Assembly: GCA_040954595.2 (NCBI GenBank) | Contig: CM082595.2 | Span: 1,738,635 to 1,802,634, forward strand | Direction: 5' to 3' | Source of the DNA: Balanoglossus misakiensis | Taxonomy: Eukaryota > Animalia > Hemichordata | Length of the DNA: 64,000 bases | Part shown: in pieces, positions 27,067 through 42,900 of the stretch | How the letters are laid out: every line of letters begins with the position of its first letter | Position numbering within the stretch: position 1 is the first letter of the stretch | The notes under the pieces: generated by a model | Databases searched by the model: none | What the model was told of the DNA's origin: nothing | Seen by the model: the letters and a program-made list of their open reading frames with translations, nothing else | Translations under genes and position numbers: made by a program

Positions 27067-28014
27067 CAGAGCAAAGATATGTGTTTCCGACGTAGAACTG
27101 AAAGATGTCAGACGAACGGGGCGTCGATTTGTGTCCAGTTTTCTCGGTTTAAAAGCACCTCGTAGGCAGCTTCACTCCACATTGACCGCCATTGATTTCC
27201 CACATTACCTTGCCTAAGCCAGGCCATAAGAATATTTTGCATAGTTTCGCTGAACGTGTCAAACGAAACTTTTGTACATCTCTTCTATGAAAGTGAAACA
27301 TTTAGAGAAATTATAACGCTCTACGCATTAAACATTTAGAATTAAAGACGAAATCAACATTGTCGACTATAAGACCAAAGAAATGGACTTTTCTGCGTCT
27401 TTGCTACACTAACCAGTGGTATCTATTCAACAAGCAACTCGCTTTGTCACTTTCGTACTTTATTTTCATTTAAAATTATTTGTGTTATGAGTTTATTGAT
27501 TTTTAGATGACATGCTAGCAATATTCCTTCGTGAGAATCCCGGTGGTATTTTCGCCTCTCCCCCTCAGGAGTACGTATGTCAAAGATGTTATTCTAAGTG
27601 GCCCTTTGCTCCCATGGTGCATTTCAAAAATAAAATGGCGTCCGTTGGAAACAGTAACCATTTACGCCGACGCAGTGTATCCTGAGTGTTTACAAACGTA
27701 AGTGCTATATATATACTAGTGATATAATACAGACAACGTGTAGAAAGTTCGACAGGAGGTGGTGAATCAGTTTCTATAAATATTCCGGGTAGTTGTCGCG
27801 ACATTTGAAGTTTCGACAGGCAACGGTTAGATTGTATTCACACTCGATGTTTATTTCGCAGTTAAACCCGGAAGTTACTATAGTTAACTAATTCCGTGTG
27901 CCGAACCACTCCTTATCCCCTTTGTGGGCGTTGAAACTAATAAAGTCATCATTGTATTTATGTCTCTATTTATTATCTGAATAAGTGTGTTTAAATATCC
28001 TGTATGATATAATA

Positions 28015-28019
<5 letters not shown>

Positions 28020-28060
<41 letters not shown>

Positions 28061-28108
28061 GATGAAGATGATGATGATGATGATGAAGATGATGATGATG
28101 ATGATGAT
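28020..28108 (+). repeat. (GAT)n microsatellite, imperfect
   Basis: Direct reading; lies just upstream of the acceptor of the first coding exon of the ankyrin gene. Confidence 0.95.
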
Positions 28109-28157
28109 CTGTTGAATTTCTTAGGTAGAGGAACATGCAAAAAATGAGAAGTAAAAC

Positions 28158-31100
28158 ATGGATACTAAGCTACACGAAGCAGTTCGGTATGGTGATACAA
28201 ATGTGGTGCTGGAATCATTGAAGGAAGGTTTGGATCCAAATCAGATTGGCTTGTATCAGTGGAATTGTGTACACGAAGCTGCCAACAATGGTGACTTGGA
28301 AATCCTTGAGATGCTGCTACAATACAATGGTGAGTTCTGTCTATCTGAGTTACTTGTTTGAATTATTTTTTTCACCATAAGTGGAATTTCAAGGTTCATC
28401 TGAATTTCAGTGAAAGTTTTGAAAATTTCCTGTGTTGAAAGGATTGATGCAAGATTAGCTTGGCCGCTAATGCTGTCTGTATCACTGTTCCAAACTGTCA
28501 GGTGACCCTAATGGCCGAGATGAGCTTCATGGAAGTACTGCAGTCCACTATGCAGCACAGGAAGGCCATGTTGAATGCTTGCAAGCGTTGATTGATGCAG
28601 GAGGGAAGTATGACATCACGAACGACGATGGACAAAATTGTCTGGATGTTGCTGTGGGAAAATGTAAACAGATATTGGATAAACAGAGTAAGTGGAAGTT
28701 GGAATAATTATTGATTATTTTTGCTATTGTGTTCTAGCTAAGGAATCAGATTGATTTTTGTTGTACTGTATGCTAACACATTCTTAAATGCAAGGTAGCC
28801 ATTGAGTGGTTATAAATGGCAAGTAAAGGTATTTGGTTGCCAATATGTCTATAAACCATTGATAAACAGTCACCTCAGTATCACTGGTCTAGACACATGT
28901 ACATGTATTGTTAACAGAATTTTTCTCTACCGATGTATTTCAGGAGTGAGGAAGTTAATGAGATTGTCACCAAAAGATGCAAGAAGGGAAATATTAATAG
29001 AGACACAAAAACATGGAAGAGAATCACAAGTGAGGTCTAATAACAAGAAAATGTTGGAAAAGAAAACAGGACAGTCGGCGAAGACGGCGTGGGAAGAGAT
29101 AGAGTTTATTGGTAGTGTTGATATTACAGAGGAAGCTGATAAACAAAAACAAAAGCAACAACAACAACAGCCTGAATTGAAGAAAGATGAACAGAAATCA
29201 GTGACTGAAACAATATTACCAAAATTGAAAGGAACATCTGAGGCCAAGATTGAAGAAGTGAAGCCGATTATAAAAACACAGAACATAGAAGCAGGTATGA
29301 AATCTCTGTTACAAGTTTTACAGCTCGATTGCATTTTGTACAAGATGTTCACCTGTGGCAGTTAACTTTTAAGAACAGTACTATCATCATCGGAATTACA
29401 TGCAGAATTCTTTATGTTACAGCTGCTGGTAGGCTACAGTTGTCATTTGAATACAATTCCAAGACATCAATACTTAAAATTAGAGTATGGCATATTGAAG
29501 ATCTCTTGCTGCCACCGGGTAAGTGGATTGTCACTTTTGTTCATTTGAAGGTATATGCTTTTCAGTTGGTGTTACATTGAAATCAATGTGATCATCATGT
29601 GTTTCTTCCTGTCATCCTACATCAGTTCAGAATTGTTCTAATCTGAATTTTTCCTTTCTTCTGGTTGTTCAGTGGAAGCATCGATGATCAGTAAGGTGTA
29701 CGTCAAAAGTTACTTACTGCCTGACAAGAAAGGAGAAACCAAACGTCGGACAGAGGAACACAAAGTCGAAGAAGCTGAGAGAACAAAGCAGAGTATTATA
29801 ACAGTGAAGAAACAAAGTGGAGACAGTACCAAAGCAATATTTCAGCCGTCCAGGTTCAAATTCACCAAGCCGTTAGAGTATAAGAAAGTCAGCAAGGAAA
29901 TGGTGGCAACAAGGACAATTCATCTGAGTGTCTGTGTTAAACAGAAATTCAGCAATCGTAGCTTTATCATCGCAAATTGTCAGATCGATTTGAAGAGTGC
30001 TGTCAGAAAACTGAAAAGAGAGAATTTTGAGTTGACATCTTGTATCAACCCAACCATTCCATCCAATTTACATCTGTATTCACCAAATGATTTAATTATT
30101 GTTAATCAGGGTCTGTACAGTAATATCACAGCAAGTGATCCAAATTTACGATTATTATCCGTCCCGAGTTTAGCTGTAACTGAGAGTGCACAGAGAGCGT
30201 CCAGCGAGGGGAATCTTCGCGAGGTCAAATGTCAATCATTTGAGAGTATTCCGTCCATAGCTATTGACATCCCAACTGATGATCATCATCATGACACTGA
30301 ACATGTCTTGCGTGAAATCACTGTCATGGATGATAATCTCAAACGAAGTAACATCAGTCATAGCCACCCTGAACTGACTGCTGTAGATATACCTCTACCA
30401 GGAACCTCCACAGCAGATGAACCGGTTCAATTACAGAATGTTTTAGTCGTTCCTGATAAATACGCACAGAGTTCTAGTTTACCAGATGTTAGAATTACAT
30501 CAGAAGCATTCAGAGATACAGAATCTGAGGAACTTGGTAAAAATGTCTCTGAAGACTTGAAAGTAGAAGACCTGGATGAAGAAGAGATTGTTGGAGAGAG
30601 AATAGCAGATGAGAACAGACAAAGAATGACAAATGCCAAACCAGGTCACGCAGTGGACATTAGGAAACATTTGATTCAAGTCCAAGTGCACAACTCTGCT
30701 CGAGATGATGATAATTTAAAACAAGGAAGTGCAAGATTGGCAGCAAGTAATGACGATAAACCGTCCCTTACAGTGGAGCATGTCTGTGAAAGTCCATCAC
30801 CACCGCAACGTAAGAAACGCACAAATAATGAGATTCCTCATGGCATCTCTAACACTAGAACGGGGTTGCAGTTGGCTCACCAGACCACTACAACACCAGA
30901 GCTGGTCAGATACAGGGCCATTTCAGATACTGAAAGCAAGGCAGATTCAGCTAATCCACCAGTATCACAGAGCATAAGCAATGCAGGAAAACATGGAAAC
31001 CACAGTTTGAAATCTCAGGAAACCATGGAAACAGAGTATACATTTACAAAACCTGTCACTCAAGGAATGGTAACAACTCACCTGTCACAGAGGAGGGAAC

Positions 31101-31663
31101 AAACCATTCCTGCTGAAAGGAGGGGACAGGCTGCTCCTCAGAAGGAAAAGTCCATTCTTTCTCAAGGGGTGGAACAAAGCAGTGTTACTCAGGAGAAGCA
31201 TGGAAGCATGAAACCCAAATATGAAGCTGTTAGAGAGACCACTCTGGACTCCAAGGCTAATGATAAAGGCGCTGTCACTCCAAGAAGACCACACAGACAT
31301 AGAAAAAGAAGAGATGAAACACCAGAGCAAGGGGAGTCAAGAACTTTAGACAGACATAAAGAAACAACCATTGATGAAGACTTGAAGAAGAAGCTTGCAA
31401 CACCCGAGTTTAAACTGAAGATGTTCCAACGGACACGAAGGGAGCCACACCCTGCAGCACCTGGCTTGGAAACTGATACATCTCAGACTGACCAATCAGA
31501 TCCATTTTTTGTACCAGGGTCTCCTGTACAATCACCACAAGCCAATCAGCAAGCAGAAGAAAAGGAGGGGGCAAGTTCTTCACCAATGGTGCCACAGGAA
31601 TTGAGAGGGTTACGCAGAATAGAAAGTCCTGCGATCACAAGAATCAAGGCTAGCTGGATTTGA
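28158..31663 (+). CDS. Ankyrin-repeat + C2-like domain protein with a long disordered C-terminus. Exons 28158-28329, 28502-28687, 28944-29294, 29423-29518, 29673-31663
   Basis: ANK motifs TKLHEAVRYG, NCVHEAANNGDLEILEMLL and STAVHYAAQEGHVECLQALI; C2-like GRLQLSFEYNSKTSILKIRVWHIEDL...VYVKSYLLPDK...RTIHLSV. Phase-1 introns are consistent. Confidence 0.8.
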
Positions 31664-32637
31664 AAAAACGCAGAATGATTGTATATGGATTTTACTGATG
31701 TTATAAATTAATTATATTGTAATTATTCTTATGAAAAGGACAGTTATGCCGATCAACCCACCTTGAATTTTTGATACCCCCTTTTGATATTTTATTAATT
31801 TTATATATTAAACTCAGAAACATTCCAAATATATGTATAGCCCTATTATATTTTACAACCCCATTTGTAAGATAATATATCTCTTTCCTTTATTTAAAAG
31901 TAACTTAATTTTTTTATTCTATGTTAAGTTATGTTACATCTGCTAGACTTATTTTCAGACTGCATTTGTTAGTCATGTCAAAGTTGTATTTGACAAATTC
32001 GTGGGATAAATTCCAAACCGAGGTTGAATAACAGCTGTGGTCTGCAAGATGCAGAACAACATGTGCAACCACAGAGAACAGGGTTCAGAGATCTATTTAA
32101 AAGTTTACTGTTTCACAGACATACATAGTACACCAGCAATAAATGCCATGATGCACTTATCTGGCATATTATCTAGACAGACTTCACTGTAGTTACCCTT
32201 TATAACGGCGGCATGCATTGTGAAGGAATTATACCATTATAATTGACTCAAGTATATATTGTTTTAATTTTTGCCAAATGACTTACTAATCTTGCCAAGT
32301 GGCGAATGATAAGAAACAGAAAATAAAGCAATCATAAATCATATTATGGTGCTTATATATTCCTTTGCCTGTGTTTGTTGAGCGCAAAGAATGTGTGTGT
32401 GTGTGATCTGTAACTCTATTCATTTAGTTTGAACAGGAAACTTGGTGCAACTGATAAACAAACTGATGAAATGGCCATTGCTTTTTGCGAAAATGCTTTA
32501 AAAACATCTGCTATGGTTTCATAAATTTGTTTAGTGAAAAAAAAAAATCGCAGCCTTGTACGCGTACCTGAAATATACATACAAAAAAACAAAGCAATCT
32601 TGCAGATTTTCTTTGGTGGCGCTCTTGGCGATGGGAT

Positions 32638-32680
32638 TTCCCACAATGCAAGCTGTTCTATCAGTTTCAAGATGGCGACG
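32638..32680 (+). promoter_or_regulatory. ZNF143/Staf-like site and YY1-like site at the NDUFB5 start
   Basis: TTCCCACAATGCA (Staf-binding consensus), then CAAGATGGCG overlapping the ATG. Confidence 0.5.
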
Positions 32681-34140
32681 GCCGGACCACTTTCGAGGTT
32701 TCTGCAAGTTTGTCGCCTTGGTGCACCGCTTCAAAGATCGAATGTTTTGTTCCAACAGGCTCCAAAGGGGATCATAGGTAATGTATTTTGACATGTATTC
32801 ATATCATCAATTAAAGAAGTAAGGGTTTTAGTGTATGCATCGTTTTCATGTGTACGTGCTGTAAACAGTTGATCGTGTCCACTAAGACATGTAGTTGTAA
32901 GAGAACGAGTGTAAGAGAACCACGTCCCATGTTTGTTATCTGTTATACTCATAGGCTCCATCACGGTACGTCAGATGTCTGGTGGACCATACAACAAACC
33001 CAAGTTTTTCATCAGAGCATCACAGTATGGAGGCAAAAGATTTGTCAGTTTATTTGTAAGTACATACAGCTCTACTGGAAGAATGTGATGAGGCTTAGCT
33101 CTGCGTGGCAGGGCTGTGTTGTTACGGTGGAGGCTCGCCGTAACAACACAGCCCTGCCACGCAGAGCTAGATGAGGCTGTGATATGTTGAGAGGCTCTGG
33201 ATTGGCACTGTCCCTCTGAGGTCTTGCCAAGCTAAGATGGGGCTTTCATTTGAGTTGATTGATGCATTAGTAGGACTTTAAATGTGATCATTTGTTTACA
33301 TTTGACAGAAATACTATGTACTACTCACAGCGGTGCCATCAGCTATTGTGATCACCTACATCAATGTATTCGTAGGTAAGATAAAATTTAAAATCAATAC
33401 TACTATATCAAATCAGAATGCACTCTTGGTGATCTGAAACATACATGGTCTGTTCAATACGTATATCTATGTAATTGCATTAAATAGTGTAACTATGATT
33501 GTATCTATGTAGGTGAAGCAAAATTAGCAGAGATACCAGATGGGTATGAACCACACCATTGGGAATATCATCAGGTAGGGTATGCCAAAACTTATATCAT
33601 ACCAATACAGTATATACAGTGTATTTTATTTTGGTAGATTTAGGTCTTTTTCAGATAAAAATTCCTGCTTTATTTAAGAGCAAAATACTTGCAGTGGAGA
33701 AGGTCATGCATCCATCCCTTTTATCCCTGCAGCATCCAATTACAAGAGGGATAGCAAAGTACATTACAGGAAGTCCACAGAAGGAATATGAGAAAATGAT
33801 GACTTATTTAGATATTGAAATGGAGAAGAAAATTGCAAGGTAAAGGTTTTCCTTCTCTTTTTGCATGTGAATTGTACAGCATATACTGATATGTGTGTGA
33901 CAACTTACAGAAGTGGATGTATGGTGCTTCATGGTCATCTTTACAAAGATTGTCCCTCAGGGAAACAGACGTATGATGTTGCCCTCATGGCCAGTCCATA
34001 TGTGTATAATATCACTGCTTTGTCTTCTTGCACAATACAGACAACAAGAGAAGCAGGTCAAAAGGTTGATGAGGCAGAGAGGTGATGGCCACTGGTACTA
34101 CTATCCAACACCTGAACCAAAAATCTACGAAGAAAAATAA
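32672..34140 (+). CDS. NDUFB5: NADH dehydrogenase 1 beta subcomplex subunit 5 (SGDH), 6 coding exons
   Basis: Mitochondrial presequence-like start [16 protein letters not shown]; [37 protein letters not shown]; [16 protein letters not shown]. Confidence 0.93.
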
Positions 34141-37018
34141 ACATCTACACAGAGCTAGGGGGTCAATTTGCTTGGAGGCCAAAGGTCAAATTGCAAAGCT
34201 TGATTTGAGATGTTTAAATACTGTATAGTATGTTGAAGCCTTTCTTTTTCCTGTAAATGATATTTCATATGTTTAGTATGTGGATTGTGTAGTTGCACAT
34301 GTCACTTTGACAAATGATCATTCACCCTTGGCAAAAGATGTAGAAGCACCAGACGTCAACTTTTGTAAGTGGTCTTTAACACTTCTGAGCCATTTGTGTG
34401 TTCATAGTTTAGCTGCTTTAAGTAGTATACTTGCTAGGAAGCTGTGTGTGAAAAAAACGAGCTTGTGTTCGGAATTTTCAGAATAAACAAATTAAAACAT
34501 GTGTAAAGCCTTTTGCTTACTTATGGTACAGTACATGAATGCAATAACCTATGAGGGAGGATTTGATTTAGCCAAACGCAACTGGAAACAGACACCCCAT
34601 CAAAGTTTACAAAATAACTTTATTAGTCCTAAACATTTTCTCAGAAAAAAAAGACAATCACTTTTACAGAAAAATTGAATCCAGGTTTGCTTTGCTCTGA
34701 CCTATGCTAAATACATTAACTGAATAATGTCTCCTACTTTGATCTGTGCATGAGTTCATGTTTTTGTAATGCAGAGGGAAAGCTACAATTACTGTGAAAT
34801 CTTGCATGTCAGTAAGAATGAATGAACAAATTCCATAATGCATCAGTTAAGGCAATGTTGTATTAGCAGCAACTGATGTGTGATGAGCACTGAAGTCACT
34901 GAATGTCCTACTTTAATACAAGAAGAAATATTGGATCCATTTATAGTCACAGAAGTATCACACAAACTCATTAATTTTGATGAGTATTCAATACAAAAAA
35001 ACAATGGAGGGATTCTATTAAACTGAGACTGTTTGGAAAGTATATACACTATTGATATGACGTTAAAGTAAAAAATAAAAAACAGGACAAGAATTCACAG
35101 CATTTAGCATCTTCTAAATAATTCACATCATCCTTTTTGAACATTCAGATGGATGCAGATCCTTTGCCTCAAGCTAATCAAGATCACTACATGTAATATT
35201 TACAAGCATCAGACCACGAACTTTCGGTTTGAAATATGACCTTTGGAATCACAGTGCATGCTCTAAAGCATACAAAGATCACAATTATAAATAATTATCA
35301 GAACTTCTCATTCGGAAATAAACTTTGACAAAATACAATATTCTTTCATGATTAAATCTGACAAAGCAAGTTTCAATTTCAAAGCTTTTGTTATAGTAAG
35401 ACACTAATGAATTCATATTTAACCATTTGTTGATAAAATTGCAGTATCATCTTTATATTAAATTTACATTATAGATTTGCACCATCGTTTTAAAAATGAA
35501 TGCACCAAAAGTGACACATAGTGCATTATTTGGCTCCACTGATCCATGCAACTTAAAATACACCTCCAGTCCACCGGACTCAATAGACAATCACATTGAC
35601 ACTGACACATTTTATAAATCCTTGTGATTATAGATGTATGTACACGAAAAAACATAAGATTTCGATCTTTCCACAGAGACTTAGTTTTGAGATAAACTTC
35701 GTTTAATCTTCACACATATTAAACTCAGGGCGAAAATACAGAATCATTTTAGGGGTTTTCAAGGCTTCTTTCAATAATGAGCAGGGCGACTCCTACAATA
35801 TGGCTTTCAATAAGATAAAAGAAATTCTAAAATCTGCAAATCAAAGAAATAACTACTTTCCACTGCCCTTACTACGACTTTCAATGCACATTGTAAAAGT
35901 ATGCTGAGTTGGTTTCAAGAAATACTAAATTGACGATACTACATCTATAAATGCAACCAGCCCACTGTTCATTACTAATAGTTTTCTACAAAGATGTTAT
36001 ATTTGCATCAGAGACTGTGACATCTGTAAACTTCAGATTTTGATTTTAAAAAATGGCCAAAAAAGGGTAGGGATAATCGGTTGAAATAGCATTTAAGTTT
36101 ACACACATAAGATCCAACACTAAGTACATATGTTTTACTGAGACAACAAAAGCTGATTGGTTTTATGAAGTGACATTTAATTTTTTTCTTCTCTTTTTTT
36201 GAATTTAGAAATTCTATACATAATATATATACACAGTTTCATTCAGCCACTCTTAGCCTTCTGGTGCCATTGATTGTTTAAAAAATAGAGACAACAACAG
36301 TATGGAGATACCCTATCCCTCAACATCCCCCAATCTAACACATAATGGAATGGTCCAGTTCTAAGGCAATTTGAGGGACAAATATTAAGGACATTTTGCT
36401 TTTGGTTCACATAAATATTTCTTAGGGTTATTCTACATTTCTCAAAAAAGGGGACCATCCACATTTCTTTTCTACATCAAGCTTATTAATTTAAGAACTT
36501 GAGTAAAATACCATTTCTTGTATATCTTTTAAGTAATGCAAACTGTAGCACTTTGACCACATATAATTACTTTACATTTCTTCTTCAAAATGTGATTTGT
36601 GATTGTGCAAAATAGATACAATATATTGGTAGCATTTTTCATATTTAAACATTAGTCAAATGATAGTGTCTCCATGGATACTACGAATCTGTCTCAAAAC
36701 CAATCCAAAGCAGCTGTATTCTTTAAGCATCGGGGTTCAATCTGGTTTGAACTAGTCTTGAGTTCACGTGATTGCAAGAAACTGAGAATGTACATTTTCA
36801 CAAATAGGTATCATCGTGTTCAAACCAGTTTAGCCTTCTTAAAATAGACACAGAGTCAACACAAATATGCATAAAAAACCATCTGCCATCGCCATGGGAA
36901 AGATGAAACTTGCTCAGGTGAATTGTTTTGCGAGATGACAGAAAGCCATGTGACTTGATGCACAGAAAATGCTCCGAGCTGTAGAAGACTGTCTATTGCA
37001 CTAGATCTATCACCATGG

Positions 37019-38937
<1,919 letters not shown>

Positions 38938-39957
38938 TTTCTTGATTTCCTGTTGACGGCGTTCAGGCGGTATATCGTGACAATCCCTCCGATGTTCCTT
39001 TTCTCTACCGACAGTGCTAATATCCTCCTCGATCACTGAACAGAACCACAGGTTTGTTGGAAAGCATTTGACACCTGAAAATTCAAGATGGCGCCTTAAT
39101 ATAGTCCCTGTCTGGTAACCCGGTATATCATTCCGCATAAAGCATAAGTTTGATATAACTTTAGATTTCCACCTTGATATATGCACTGTTTGGGCTATGT
39201 ACAATAAGAGTTTACATATTTAAAAAATGACATGCAGAAATTAACATTTCTTTGGCAGCTATGTTTATTATTAGGTATGTAAGTGTCAGGGATACATTGT
39301 TTAGAAACTGAGCAAGCAGTCCCTGCAATGACGTTCACTGATGCATTGTGGATCTCATAAGAACCGGAAGTTGAACTGTGATCAATGTCCACAAACGAAA
39401 GAAACGATGAGCAGGTGACTAAACTGTGATCGGTGAGACATAACCACGAAACTGGTACGTGGAAATAATAGGAGAGTGTACTCCTTCTTCAGGTTTACCT
39501 GTTAGATATTAGGGCTTCATCGCAATAGTCTGAAACTTCCACTAACTGACAAGGTTGTGACATATAAATATTTACTGATCACTCGACTCCATGACTAGGC
39601 CTAAGGTCACCAGCTCAGTTCTTTAATTTTAACAGCATGGTTATGTGTTAGTGTATGCCTAACCGTTAATAAATTTCGTGTCTACTTAATACAATCAGAT
39701 GATTGTTAATATAAATATCCATAAATTCTCAATGATGTCACCATTTTGGTGTTTCCCATTATTGGGATAGGCCCAGGGGCGTACAGCAACAGGGATGAGG
39801 TCAAAGTCTGGTCGAACTTTTATTGTGAAGTAGCATATCAGTTTTAACGTTTTGCTTGATGCCAGGTATGATACTGAATATGTTCTGTAAACAACGATCT
39901 CAGCATTAAAGTAAAGACTAATAAATGTCTTATATCAATGGATCTTTCCAGGTTACC

Positions 39958-42900
39958 ATGGCAATGAGAGATTTAGTGGAGGGTGAGTGTGGTGGAGCCA
40001 ATGCTCTCATGAAACTGACAACGCACTTCACTCAAGACAAGTCATTACGACAAGAAGGTCTTACACACCCTGGATTTCAACCAAAAGGTTTACAAAGAGG
40101 CTTTCCTACAACATCCGACCATGTAAGTACTTCTACATATGGTTACGCATGACCGTGTCGATATAAATTAATTTATTCTCATGAATTATGAACTAGTCTG
40201 ATATTGTAATATACAATCCATTGATTTATCAGAGTTGGTTATCTTGCAGCTTGTGAGTGAGTTCCTTGCTGAACAACATCATCATGCTCCACCACAGACA
40301 TTCCGTATGGATACATTACTGCATGAAATGCAAGCAATTGAAGGATCTGAATTAAGACATGCACCAGTAAGAGGTATGAAACGGTGATTATGTCACCAAT
40401 ATTTCTGATTCTCTATTGAAAAAATTACAGTATTTAAATTAAAGGCATACTGGTGTTAAATAGATAACAAGCAACACTATGTGGCTATGTTTTTTATTAG
40501 CTGGACCACGTGTTGCAGAAATCGCGCGCGAGAATTGGGCATCAGAATTTTTATCCCAGGAAGTCAAGGGTACTGCCACATTGGAACCTTCTGAATGGAC
40601 TCAGGATTTTCTTGCAAGTCAGCAAGCTGCAGGTAAATAAATTGTACCACAGTACAAAGTAGATATTGTAGTATTTTTTGTGGGGTATAAGTGTATGTGG
40701 CATACTGTGTAGGTTGAATAGTCATTCACGCAAATCCTGTTTCTGCATTCAGCTGCTCCGGATCCCATACAAAGTCAAACAAAATGGGCAGCTGAGTATC
40801 TAGAACAGACAGAAGATAAACTTTGGTGAGTTGACAACTTTCAAATAACCATACAAATATTGCTGTTATATATTTTAATTAAATATGATGAGAAGATAAA
40901 ACGGTTGTTTCATGATAAGTATATTGTTTTTCTTTTGTCACAGGACTGAAGAATTTGAAAACACTTATAAAGCTGAAGATGAAAAATGGTAAGTATTCTT
41001 AGTGTGTATGAGTGCTGAGTGTTGGTAGAAATATTGTGTTAATATTGCATTTCAAACCTTTTCCATTACGCTCCAAAACAAGGTAATTTAGACAGTTACT
41101 TTTGTTTTTCTGACAGGGTTGATGAATTTCAGACTTCACAGAAGAATGATGATGACTTAGCACAGACAGCCAACCAACTTTTATCAAATTTAGATGATCC
41201 AAAATTTTCAAATTCTGAAGTAAGTGTAAAGTAAGAGTGTTATTTCATTCTAGATGGTCACCTGATTAGTATATTGTAGTATCTTTCATCTTCATCACAT
41301 TGGTTATGGTTATTTCATTTTAATTCATTTCTCACTTAATGTTCAAACAAAAAATTGGCCAACATAGATAATGTTTCCAATTTCATAAAGAATTGATAGG
41401 GGCAAATACTGACCATAGAAAGCCAGTGAGTTTGATCTATTGAATTCAACAGAAGTGTCATTTTAAGGTATGTCTATTTTTGTTAGTTTATGAAATTTAT
41501 CAAGAAGATAGGTGAAGGGGAGGTGACGGTAGAAAATAATCAAGTTGTTGCGAAAGAGACAGTTGGACCTGCAGGAATATGGTCTGAAGAATTTGCACAA
41601 CAGCAGGTGAGGTCCATACACATGATGTAACACAGTTTCTCATTGGTCAGAATGCTATGTCAAAGGTTGCTATTGGTTAATGTCGTTTATTAAATTATGT
41701 CAGGTGTGTTCATTGGTGGGATAATCATTCATTTAAGTGTTCATTTACATTCATGATAGCAATAATTCATCTCACTTTGATCTGTATTCTCATTTTAAAG
41801 TTTTCGATGTTATGATATTACCAATTTTATGCTATGGTTCTGAAGTCTGGGGTTTTACTTTGTACGATGCTCTGGAGAAGGTACACAGGAAATGGTGTAG
41901 AAAATTTTTAGGTGTACCGGGCAATACAACAAATGAAGCAGTATTGGGTGAATGCGGTCGTTTTCCTGTTCATTTTTACACTATAAAGCGTTGCATTCGC
42001 TATTGGATAAAATTACTTGAAATGCCTCCAAACCGACTTCCAAGACAAGCATACATCATGTTATGTAATCTTGATGGCTTGGGTCGCCACACGTGGGCAA
42101 CATCTATAAAGAATGTTTTATTTTCTTATGGTTTCGGTTATGCCTGGCTTGCCCAAGAAATAGGAAACAAACAGCAATTTTTGTCACTTTTTGATTCTAG
42201 GCTTTCAGATATCTTTAAACAACTTTGGAACAGTAAAATATCTTTGAAACCTAAACTCCGTACATACATGCAATTTAAAAGCATGCTCGAACCTGAGAAG
42301 TATCTTAGGTTACCATGTAGTCGCAATGTCTTACAACTGTTCACCTGTTTTCGCTGTTCTACCCTGCCCCTTGCTATTGAGGAGGGGAGAAGGCATAATA
42401 TAGATGTACCAGATCGTCTATGTAAGTTTTGTACAAAAGGAGCAGTAGAAGATGAATACCATTTTCTCCTTGAATGCTCTGCTTACACAGACCTCAGAAA
42501 ACAGTATTTATCACATGTCTACTTTGAGCATCCAACTTTTCACAAATTTGTACGACTTATGAACACGTCTAGCAATGATGAGCTTCTCAACCTCTGTATT
42601 TTCACAAGCAAAGCGTTTAAGCAGAGAAAGATATCTCTCTCACTTTTTTCAAGAGACAGAATTTAAACTGTTTAATGGTCATGTACAGCTGTACTTTATT
42701 TTGCTGTCGTAACTGATTAGTATATTGTAGTATCTTTCATCTTCATCACATTGGTTATGGTTATTTCATTTTAATTCATTTCTCACTTAATGTTCAAACA
42801 AAAAATTGGCCAACATAGATAATGTTTCCAATTTCATAAAGAATTGATAGGGGCAAATACTGACCATAGAAAGCCAGTGAGTTTGATCTATTGAATTCAA

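Noticed and set aside
41737-42666. 309-aa ORF as a nested host gene
   Set aside because: It starts at a GTG inside the duplicated intron sequence and reads into a truncated LINE ORF; it is a chimeric frame.
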